Source of the DNA: Rhodosorus marinus CCMP1338
Lineage: Eukaryota; Plantae; Rhodophyta
Direction: 5' to 3'
Length of the DNA: 64,000 bases
NCBI GenBank assembly: GCA_029953675.1
Contig: JAMWBK010000002.1
Span: forward strand, 2,418,001 to 2,482,000
Part shown: piece after piece, positions 51,352-62,120 of the stretch
Numbering within the stretch: the stretch's first letter is position 1
Layout of the letters: each line of letters begins with the position of its first letter
Made by a program: the position numbers and the translations under genes
Notes under the pieces: model-generated
What the model was told of the DNA's origin: nothing
What the model saw: only the letters and a program-made list of their open reading frames with translations
Databases searched by the model: none

Positions 51352-52190
51352 CCTGAAGAGGACGGACAAGGACGAAAGCATTGCAAGATCTGTTGGATAG
51401 AGATAGTGATTAACGATACCTAGTCTGATCGTCAATCAGTGAATGGTCTTAAGAACTCGAAAGAAGATCCCTGTCTGACAAGATGGAATGAATCGATCGG
51501 GACGAACGAATCGGTTTCGCCACCGGAAGAGCATGGGCTAAGGACGAAAACGTTTGCAAAAAATCTGTTGCGTAGAGTGTAGCAATTATCTACAAGTAGC
51601 CTGGTATTGAACAAAGTGCATAGTATTCAGAACTCGAAAGAAGATCAGTGTGAAGAAGCCTACCAAACCTACATGTCAGCTCATCCGCTTCGCACGCTGA
51701 AAGAGGATGGACAAGGACGAGAGCATTGTAAGATCTGTTGCATAGAGGTAGCGGTTATCGATATGCAATCTGGTAATCAATCAGTGAATGGTCTGACAAG
51801 ATGGAATGGATCGATCGGGACTCCCGAGTCGTTTTCGCTACCTGAAAAGCATGGACTGAGGACAAAAGCATCTTCCAAAGCTCTGTTGCGTAGAGGGTAA
51901 TGATTATCAATAAGTAGCTTGGTACTCAACGAAGAGCATAGTATTCAGAACCAAAAGATCCCTATCTGACAAGATGGAATCGATTGATCAAAACTAGCTC
52001 ATAGGTGCAGTGCCTGAAGAGGATGGACCTTGGCAAAAGCATTGTTAGATCTGTTTACGTAGACATTTTGGCTACTTAAGCCTAGGTTGAGCGAAGTGCC
52101 ATGGTCTATAAAGTCTCCAAAGAAGATCCCTGTCTGACACGATAACATCGATCGACACCCGGGCTAGTAAGTCAGTGCTCTACCTGAATG
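51352..52190. repeat. ~171-bp tandem array of five monomers plus a partial one, with alternating A/B types
   Basis: Monomer starts cc(t/g)gaa(g/a)ag at 51352, 51523, 51696, 51841, 52013 and 52183 (171, 173, 145, 172, 170 bp). Units 1 and 3 resemble each other, as do units 2 and 4. Confidence 0.9.
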
Positions 52191-52562
52191 GGGTGCCCAT
52201 GGACAACCGCACCGCAGTGTACCTACTCCAGGCAAGATTGATCCCCGTCGTGGCTCTCAAACTGTTTCTTTAAAAGCCTCGGGTGACCATGGTCTTGAAG
52301 CTCAGGAAGTAGAGCACTCGTTCATTGAACAAACTCGTGTGGAAGGATTTTTAGATTATCCTGTAGAAGCTTTGGGGAACGTTAGACCCAATCTTGAAGT
52401 AGATTAATGACGAAGAAGGGAAAGGCTTGTCAGTCCGTCAGCCTTTAAAGAGCCTTTAGGCTGGTGTGGACCACAGACACTTCTCCGACCGTCATCGAGG
52501 TGAGGTGGGTATGAGCTGAGAGATAGTTTTGTCTTTTTCACGAGCTTTTGGTGGGGACTGGT

Positions 52563-54983
52563 ATGTATCGGAGCGGGTTTGTTGGGTCTGGTGGTGTTGG
52601 TGGAAGGGCGGCAGGCTTGAGAAGGATAGTGTGCGTAAGAATGGTTTCGACTTCTGCCACGACTCCAAAGACGGCGTACGCGGAGCTTTGCGATAGGTTG
52701 AAGGAGATTAGCTACTTGGGAGGGGTCGCTGGTTTACTGGGATGGGATGAGCAGGTTATGCTGCCTGAGGGCGGGATGACCGCTCGAGGGAAGCAGAAGG
52801 CGGCGCTGGCAGCGACGCTGCACGACAAGCAAACGGATTCCAGGTTGGGCGAGCTGATCACTACGGCTGAATCAGATGCGCAGGCTCTCGGACTCATGGA
52901 GCAGGCAAACATCCGAGATGCACGGATAGCTTACGATCGGTGAGCTTGATGCACGATCCGATGGCGCTGGTTGATCCTCTCAACTGAATAAAAGTCTTGC
53001 GTTTGTTCCTCCCAGCCATACAAAACTATCCCGGGAATTGGCGGCGAGGGAAGCAGAGCTTGGAGTCGAGGGTTTCATTGCTTGGAAGAAGGCTCGCGAG
53101 GAATCGAATTTCTCGATGTTCGCACCAGTCCTTCAGAAGATTGTTGACTTAAGAAAGGAAATCGCGAGCGTAACGAAACCTGAATGGGATTCTTACGACG
53201 CGTGCATTGACCTCTTTGAAAGGGGGATGACATCGGCACGCCTTACAGAGATCTTTGATGAGCTGAAAGCAGGGTTGGTACCTTTGTTAAACGATATTCG
53301 TGGCGCCCTTGACGCACAGCCGGAATTGCCCTCCGGCTTAAGAGGATCTGAAGATTGGGACACCGAAAAACAAGCTGAGCTTTCTCGACAGGTAAGGAAA
53401 ACCAAGGAGAATTTTCTTCTACGAACGCCCTGAAGAAGGCACTGGATAGAGATACGCCCTCGGCAACTGAGAGAGAGACGTTCTTTTCCTTGGAAACAGA
53501 TAGCGGAAGCACTTGGGTTTGATTTTCAGAGGTAATTTTGCATGAGATCAGACCATCACGTATCCGATCTATGCTCTTGAGACACTGGCCATACTTGCCT
53601 TTGGCCGTGCTTGTTTTAATGGTGTCTGATACTTTTTTTCTGCGCTGCCTTTGACTCATTGACAGAGGACGATTGGATGTCTCTGTACATCCCTTTACCG
53701 GTGGAAGCGATCCCGCTGACGTCAGAATCACGACTCGATATTCGTCTGATAATCCATGGTAAGTGCGAAACCACAATCCCCAGCTCACCGATCAACTGAT
53801 CCTCTCGATTCAGCTCCTCAGAAAAGAGACACGAGTTCCATCTTTAGTCTTGAGTCCAAGCCACACAATTGAGTCGTTTCCAGAGATATCTGTTGCTTCT
53901 TAGCGCATTGTCCATGTTCTGGTTGCTGTTTGCAAGAGTGTATATCTGACGCGACGGTTTTTGTTTCTGTTCATAGGGAGGTATGTTAAGAATGTGACTG
54001 ACTATATCGACTCTCCGAGGAGCAAATCTAAAGTGAGTACTGACTTTGTTGTCTCTGCAGGGTATTATGGGAACAGTCCACGAGGTGGGACATGCTATGT
54101 ACGAGCAAGGGAGGAACGAAGATTTCAGTGGACTTCCAGTGAGTTCCGCACTGAGCTTGGGAACGCACGAGAGCCAGAGTCTATTCTGGGAACGGTATGT
54201 GGGGCAGAGTCTCGGTTTCTGGGAGTTTGCGAGTAAGGCGGTGCATGAGATATTCCCACACACTTCATCCATTCCGGCGGAGGAGTTTTATCGTGGAGTC
54301 AACCGCGTGATGCCCAATTGCTTTATTCGTGTTGAAACCGATGAAGTAAGGCTGAAGAAGGAAGAGGGTCGGACTTCCAGACTCTGTTCTCGGGAGTTTT
54401 GAAAACTGACCTGGTTTTGTTTTCTGTGAAGGTGACCTACCCGCTTCACGTCATCCTGCGGTTCGAGTTGGAGAAAGGGATGATGGATGGTTCAATTGCG
54501 CTGGAAGACGTTCCTCGTCTCTGGAACGACAAATTTGAAGAGTACCTCGGTGTGCGCCCGGACTCGGATGCAAATGGAGTTTTGCAGGACGTCCATTGGA
54601 GCGGCGGAGCAATCGGGTACTTCCCAACGTACACGTTGGGTGCTATTGCTGGTGCGCAGTGGTTTTATGCCGTAAAGAAGGAGTTTCCAGATCTCAACGA
54701 AAAGATGGCAAAAGGAGAATTCTCCGAGGTTGGAAGAAACCAAAATATATATCAGCTCTCCACTCAGCACTCCACGACGTGCTGACCCGTGTCAAAAAAA
54801 TTCTTCATTCCACGCTCTTAGGTGAAGAAGTGGCTCAACGAAAAAATCCACTCCGTTGGCAGCCTGCACTCATCCTTGGATGAGCTGCTAGAGTCGGTGA
54901 CAGGTGAACCGCTCAACGTCAAGTACTTCCTTCAGTATCTCAACGACAAATACAGGGCATACTATGGGCTGGAGATCTACTGA
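52563..54983 (+). CDS. M32 metallocarboxypeptidase (carboxypeptidase Taq-like) with organelle transit peptide, multi-exon
   Basis: LLGWDEQVMLPEGG, GRLDVSVHPFTGG…VRITTRY, GTVHEVGHAMYEQG, GTHESQSLFWE, FIRVETDEVTYPLHVILRFELE, and GVLQDVHWSGGAIGYFPTYTLG. Confidence 0.95.
53977..53980 (+). other. Predicted 4-nt microexon (GGAG) in the M32 gene
   Basis: ttcatag|GGAG|gtatgt restores the frame between exon end 53758 and exon start 54061, giving DNPWEGIMGTVHEVGH. Confidence 0.75.
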
Positions 54984-56476
54984 GATGGAGAATTGGTTGA
55001 TGCCTCAAGAAGTTGTAGAGAGCATTCAAAACGCTCTCTATTTAGCGGTCATTGACGAAGCATAAATGTTCAACCGGATCTACGTGATGAAACTATGTTT
55101 TGTAACAAGAAAATCTGCAACTGTGCTCACGAGTCTGCAGGCTGTAAACGAAACCTCGGAACGCGTCTTAGCAGACGTCCATCTCAACGAAGACTTCAGC
55201 TGAATCATCAAATTGCCAGCGATGGCAAGGGATTCGCGGAGCTGTACCCTCTTAAAAGAATATATACGCAGCTCCTTCAAGTCGTCCTTCTCAGACAGTT
55301 CCGTGCTTGGACTTGACTTCGGTTTGGTGTTTCAGGCGGAGCTGGAGATGTGATTAACATTATATGCGGGTATGCACCCTCGGGCATTGGTGCATCTCGT
55401 CGTTCCACTACAGGTTTTGCAACATATGTGCGCGGCTGCTACCCGATCCACTGCAAGCCCAGCTACGTAATAGCCTACTGCGCTTGATGTTATGCACAAA
55501 ATTTGGTTTTAAGTACTGGCTGATCCTTCGGCGACTCCACCAGCTCCCATGTCGAAGATCGGTAACGAGAAGAGAAGTCCTCCATCGGAGCGGTCCTCCA
55601 CGACTCACCATCGCGGACTTGCGAAAAGCTTCCTTCACATTCTTTGATTCCGAGATGCCTTCGACGTTCGTTTGCAGCCTCGCCAATGTCTCAGGCTGGA
55701 TAAATTGGTGACCCACGAGTTAGGTGAACTACTCTTTACCACAGCACTCGTACCGTTTGCATCAACACCATGGGTGGAGGACGAAAACACATCATCCGCG
55801 CATCCGCCCGATTTGCTGACTCCGATCAGGCTGGCTGACTTGGTTCAGCTTTTCAACCACTATTTTCAGCTCTCCATGGGAAAAACTCTGTCATTCACCA
55901 CTACCTCTAACAAAACATGCCTTCGTGCTTCTCAGACTCCTGCGGGGATAAGTACCGTCCTCTTCCGTTGGTCTCGACAATTGATGATTTTGCTGAGACG
56001 GCAGAATCAGCGAAGCCACAGGCTTGCAATCTGCAGCCCTTCTCACTGTAGGGCCCTTGATGCATAATCATGATCGGTTTGATCCGGAATTCGCTTGTAC
56101 CGAACACATCGCGGAGATAGGTGAGGCATATCCGCGGAGGTGGAACTGAGGCTTCACTGAGAAATATTCCACTACTTAACTGTGAACCAATCCGCGATAT
56201 TATAAGTATTCGCTGAGGTCCTTAACGTCTCCCACCTGCACTAAAGCGATGGAATCCTTTCGCATCTGCATCATCTCTCTCCCGAACCTTCTCCTCCTAG
56301 TCAGAGCACATTTCTCTGTATCGTTATCGCACCAGATTGTCAGTAACGACGGTCGGTAAAAGGGCGAGAGGATAGACAGAGTGCGAGTAAATGCTTTTGG
56401 GGGTTCTTGTGTATGTGATAGAAGTGTGTGAACTTCTCATTAGGAACTAGGACTTATTTAACTTGTTTTGTTTTAG

Positions 56477-57252
56477 ATGGCTGTGCCGAGGCCAGCGAGT
56501 TTATCAGCCTTCCGTGAGTGGCATTGCCGTCAAAAATTTCTTTTCCTGTTTTTTTCTTTTTGATGTCGAACAGGTGCTGGTATTGGTTTTGGACTTTTCG
56601 TTTTCATCAAGCTGAACTGGGATTTGTTTTTTTGCGTTTTTTGATTTGTGGTCTTCATGCGGTCTGCAGGAGCACTCCTGCGTGCGCAACATAAGTAAGC
56701 AGTGACCTGCTTGCAAGCTCCGGAACGGAGATGGAGGAATGCAGGATGATTTTATGCTCCATGTTCTAACGTGCGGATTCTGATGTTTCGTTTCAGGACT
56801 TTTGTAGGAGACAAGGAAATGCTGGAGCGGGCTAGGATTCATTCTCGAGAACGTAGGATCACTAATTCTTGCCGATCTTGGAGCCGAAATAGGAACGTTT
56901 CTGACTTGTTTGGGTGTTCATCCTCATCTCCCGCAGAGTTTCTCAAGAACAAGGACTTAACAGACGATGCAGAAATAGAGAGACTCCGTAAGGAGGCCGA
57001 TAATGTAAGTCCTGTTTACCTCGCTTCTGTTTGCGAATGCTCCGCACACTTACGGGAACGACGTTCTCAAAACTCAGGCCACCGACTTTATCTTAAACGA
57101 CGTCGTCCGTGCGGAACTCAACCAAAAGAATGGACGATACGGTATGCATCGAACCACAGTACCCACGACACCCTGAACTGGAATGCCTAAGCCCTCAATC
57201 ATGTGCGTCTTCCGCAGTAATTGATGGAGCAAAGCTGACGGAGAGGAAGTGA
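56477..57252 (+). CDS. LYRM7: LYR-motif complex III assembly factor (LYRM7/MZM1), 6 small exons; not in the ORF track
   Basis: Exons 56477-56513, 56670-56694, 56797-56852, 56937-57004, 57078-57141 and 57218-57252 give MAVPRPASLSAFRALLRAQHKTFVGDKEMLERARIHSREQFLKNKDL…ATDFILNDVVRAELNQKNGRYV…. Confidence 0.8.
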
Positions 57253-57797
57253 CGATCGGTAACAAGTCATTCGCTACATGCTGACTGAACTAGATGGCCC
57301 CCGTGAAGACCTTGGTGGGCCCTTTTGAATACATGGCGATACCAAGTCTTTTGCAGTTGATTTTTCAGGACATTCGCCCTGCTTCCGCCCAGCAGGTTCA
57401 CTTGCTAGTGGGAGTTTCTATACGCGGTATGCTGAGAGTCCACCAGCTTCCCCGGCTATCGCCACTACCGTTCTCTACTTCGTTTTCAACGCAAAACGAA
57501 CATGTGCACACACTTCATGTTGAGGGGACGCTCCGAAATTTATTTAGCATCTAGTTACACGCTCATCAAAACACAAAAAGAAAAATATGTGTACTCGGAC
57601 GTGCTACTGGTTTGTAATGAAATCCCTGAGCCACTCGGAACAGCCGATATTGCACTGCAAATTTTCGTCTCCCCGCTCGGAATCCACGAGCTCGGCAAGC
57701 TTGCGGAAAAAAACACACGGTTCCTCGGCTGCGTGATGCGGTCGTCTGGACAACACTAGCGACGACGTCAGAGTTGATGTGGCACCAGAACGGACCC

Positions 57798-59556
57798 TTA
57801 TCTAATCAGTCTAAGCAGTTCAACAGCAGCTGATCCTCCAATGTAGTTCATCGCAGTAAGTACGCCAATGCCCAACATGGCTAGTCGACCAGAAGCGAGT
57901 TCTGTTTGAAGAAGAGCGCCGTTCTCCATCTCAAGTTTCTAAAAAGTATAACACCAGTTGAACAGCTCCTTTGAGAAATCAGGTCGAACATATGAGATGC
58001 TGTGAAGATGCATACCTCTTCGGCCTTCGTGGCCTCGCCTGCGGAAAGTGCCATTGCCTCAGTGACCTTCAAGGAAGGCTGCTCCTTAGCTTCGATTACC
58101 ATGTCTCCGAGATCAGAAATGAACGATTCGTTGAGACCGAGGGCTGGGACCCTCTGGAACGTCTCAATTCCTTTCTCTAATGCAAGCTCCCGGTACTCAA
58201 TATCGATCTCCTCCAGGGTTTCAATGTGCTCTGAAACGAAGCTGACGGGTACGACCACAAGAGTCTTTAGTCCAGACTCTGCAAGCTCCTCAATGACCTA
58301 GTCAGTTTTAAACCACAAGAGGGATGCTCTCAGCATCGTTGTCCAAGATTTTAAGACCATTTGTGAGAACCATGAAAGCAAGTTCACACCACATCTGTGT
58401 ACGGGCTCAACCACTTCACGGGGCCAACTCTGGACTGGTAGCAAAGCGTCCACGATACATCGTTTCCAACAAGCTCCATGACGCCCTTGCAGCAGTCCTG
58501 AATCTGCTTCTGGTAAGGATCACCAGCTTCAATGTAGCTCTCCGGGACTCCGTGTGCAGAGAACATTACTGTCATCGAGCTTTTCTGCTCGTCAGTCAGC
58601 TCGCCAATCGATTTGCTAATGAGCGACGCCATAGCCTGCTTGTAGCCATCGCGGGCGTACCTGTGGCAAGCGAAAAACCATAATATCCACGAAACCGTGA
58701 GTGATAGACCATTGATGCACGGCAGGGACTTGAATCAGACTCACCAGTCAGTAATGACAGTATGATCAACGTTCTTCGAGTTCCAGGTCTGGATGTCCTC
58801 CTTGAAGATCTTGTCCAGAACTCTGAGAGAAGAGCCGGACGTAGAAATCGAATACTGCGGATAGAGAGGCAGAACTACAAGCTTGCTAACTCCGTCCTTC
58901 TTTATCTCGTCAACTGCCTCCTCCGTAAAAGGGTGCCAATACCGCATGCCTACGTAGACTTTTGCATCCGGATAACCCTTTTGCTCCAAGGCAGATGCCA
59001 AAGCATCCGCCTGCTCAGAGGTGATACGCCTGATGGGTGACCCTCCACCGATGGACTCGTAAGCAGCTCGCGATTTCGGGGCTCGCGCACGTGCGATTTC
59101 CCCGGCAAGGAAGCCCTGAATAGGTGACAGCGCTGGAGGCAATCGGATGATGTCCTGGAGTATAACCAGCGAACACCGTCAGTGAGAGCCCAGATTCTGA
59201 GAAATTGCTTGGGGCCAAAATAACGTACCGGGTCGCTGAACAGATTGTACAAGAAGCCCTCCACGTCCTCGGGCCTCTCTGGACCACCAAGGTTCAGAAG
59301 CAACACACCTGTTTGCCCAAGACCGGACCAGGAAGACATAAAAATCAGCAATCCACAGCAATCAGCCCATTAACTTTTTCTTCCTGACAGACGAAGCGGA
59401 CTCACCAAGCTTTTCCTTCGTCTCTGTGGGAGTCGGTGCTGTAGCAACTGCCCTAACAGTTAACCTCCTCGTGGCAGCAGGAGGCCGCACAGAAACGGGC
59501 CTTCCCTGCGTTCGGCTCCTCAATCCAGAGAAGCTAGACGGAACAAACCCCACCAT
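57798..59556 (-). CDS. hemH: Plastid ferrochelatase with C-terminal CAB/HLIP-like helix
   Basis: Transit peptide MVGFVPSS…; [11 protein letters not shown]; IGGGSPIR; VGMRYWHPF; [15 protein letters not shown]; FSAHGVP; [11 protein letters not shown]; [14 protein letters not shown]. The last exon (57798-57938) encodes …[24 protein letters not shown]…. Confidence 0.95.
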
Positions 59557-60083
59557 CTCTCCTCTCTAGCCCCCCTACCCCGACCCACCCCCTCAACCAC
59601 CAAACAACAAACCTTCCTTGCTCTACCAACCCACAAACCGTGCACAGCACCCACCACACCACTCAGATCAACATGGAACGTGCCAAACAATCCCCTCCCG
59701 AAAACCGATGTCCCCGATCTCACTTACCCAGTGGATTCTTTTATGGCAAAAATTCTTATCTAAAATTTCTACCCACACCATTTCCGCCATCCTCGAAACT
59801 CCTCTCGTGTGTCAAACATGGGACCCCCCCCCCCCGCCCCTCTCCCCAACCCCCCCGGCAACAACCTTACCTTCTTGCGTCCAGATCACACCCCAAAAAT
59901 AAGGAACATAATCATTAACCCCTCTAATATTTCTCTTTCCCCAAGACTCGATTCCTAGATCTTCATAAATATCTAAATATTACAGAATATGTGATATATC
60001 CAGATGATTGAAAAGCAACTTCCCGTCCCCCCCACACATCCAACAAGATCATTTCATTAACTTGCCTTCCGCAGGAAAGTGGA

Positions 60084-60304
60084 AATGCCGGGTTAACCCC
60101 GAGCAAAAGATGAAATATAACCAAAAAAAAATCGAGGTGATGATTAATTTCTAGTTATAATTGATACATGTTTTCCAAGTTCTTCATTTAAAATCACGAA
60201 TGCGGGTAAACCCGGAGAAAGATGAAATTTGACCAAAAAATCGAAGCCACCTGTAATTTCTAGTTATAATGGATACATTGTCCTACGTTTTCACTTAAAA
60301 TCAC
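60084..60304. repeat. Diverged ~115-bp AT-rich tandem duplication
   Basis: aatgc(c)gggt(t/a)aacc… aagatgaaat…ccaaaaaa…tcga…taatttctagttataat(t/g)gataca…taaaatcac at 60084 and 60199. Confidence 0.85.
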
Positions 60305-62120
60305 AGCTGATGGATTCTTGTCAACCCCCTCCCCCCCCCTGGGCTACTCTTCCTACACGCTGCCACGAAATGTTTTTATGAAATTGTTTTAGCTATTTCG
60401 TTGTCAGGGTATGGAAAAGAGTGTGGGGGTAGCAGCGAACATTGGGAAAAAAGTGGTGTTTGATGGCATTTTCGAGCAACGGACAAATCCTATTTCCGTG
60501 CAATTTAGAAAGCGTTTAAGTTGTAGCTAATTTCATTATTTACGTGATGCATCATTGGTTAATAATAGTCTAAACGGAAAACAAATTCTTAGGATGTGTT
60601 ATTTATAGTGAATTATTTGATTTTATGAGATCGAGCTATTTGCCAGCAACGGGGTGCTTTGGTCGTTAGAAGAACATTCTACTCCTCCTCTCCCCTCCCA
60701 CCCCCCTGGGTGCTATTGTTTCCACTATTCTTGCTGATACTGTTTGCATAAATTTTTCTAAACAAAAAATAGGCATGAACGGAGTGAAGTCTTAAGGAAA
60801 ATATATTTGTCCCCACTAATTTTGAATTATGGAAATGTTTAGAATGGTTCCCGACCGTCCCAGTGGCTGTCCCGCGGTCTCAATATTATCCCACGGAACC
60901 ACCCCCCCCCCCTGCCCGCTCATCTTTCCGTCTTCTCCATGCGGACGAGATTTGTGTATCTGAGACGAGAGGATGGAAAGTTGTTTTTTCTTTTTAACGT
61001 TTTGATTTGTATTTGCAGTGTTTTGGTCGGGAGACGGTTCTTGGTTCTTGCCGTCGTATTGAATATTGTGGACGTTGATCCTGCGGGTAGCTGATCAATG
61101 AGCGTTGCATTCGACCGGCACTGATGGAGGTCTGCACCGATGCGCCGCGTGGGTTGGGTTTGCTGGATTTTGATGGTACAGCAATGTTCATTGATTGACG
61201 TTGCTACTCTGAACACAATCTGTTGCGGTCTTCGTACAATCCTGGACTTCGTGTTTTTTCCCCGGTCGACCCACAGGACAAATGTCTAACGCAGTAAACC
61301 ATTCAATAAGTCGCACTGTGGAAGCCGGACGCTTGCGTGAACGGGTTGCTGTCGGAACTCAAAGAGCACTTGCGTCCCTCGTATTTAGGGTTCTGTTTCC
61401 AAACCCGTTTGATCTGTGTGTCTGTGTTTGAGGGGATGGCGATGCGTTCTGTAGTGCGGTGTAGATGCTTCCGCGAAAGGGTCATCTCTTTTCACCTTAT
61501 GAAACTATTCCATGCTTATATTACATCGGGCTAGATTAACACGGCTCTGCTTGCTGATGCTGTAGCAGGAGCTATTAGTTCTTCGACCCGGTGGCCGACT
61601 GCTACCCGCTATTTGCGGGCCAGACAATATATTACAGATATGTGGCGATCCCAACGCTCAAATTAGACCTCAATGATTTCCACGTCCAGCGTCTCACGCA
61701 GTTTTGAGTTGCTCGTTGGGAAGGTGGTAGTAGACTTTCTCGCAGTTAAGCGACTTCAGCCTCAGGTTCTGCGCTCGCTGCGTTGGCGAATTGCTAAAGG
61801 CTGTTTCCAAGCTGAAAAGGGGACACGATCTCAGGATTCGACTAGATTCTGAGCAATCCCCGTAGAACAAAATCAAAATTCTTCCAAGTAGGTGGGTAAA
61901 CAGTGCATCCCAGCTTCAAGCCATTGTGTCGATCTACGAGACTATGGACCCTTGTGTCTCGGACATGCGCGAGTGTCCCGTCTGCCATGCCGTAATACCG
62001 ACTTGGTGTAGTAGGAGCATTCAACCTCCGTGTTCTTTAATATCTGCATGTATAACACCGGCAGTTAACGTCCCTGTGACACAATGGGTCACCATCGCAT
62101 CACTGCAGTATGACTTTCAT

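Noticed and set aside
51352-52190. Tandem array as a possible CRISPR array
   Set aside because: The units are long and diverged throughout, with no short constant repeat plus unique spacers, no cas genes, and a eukaryotic context.
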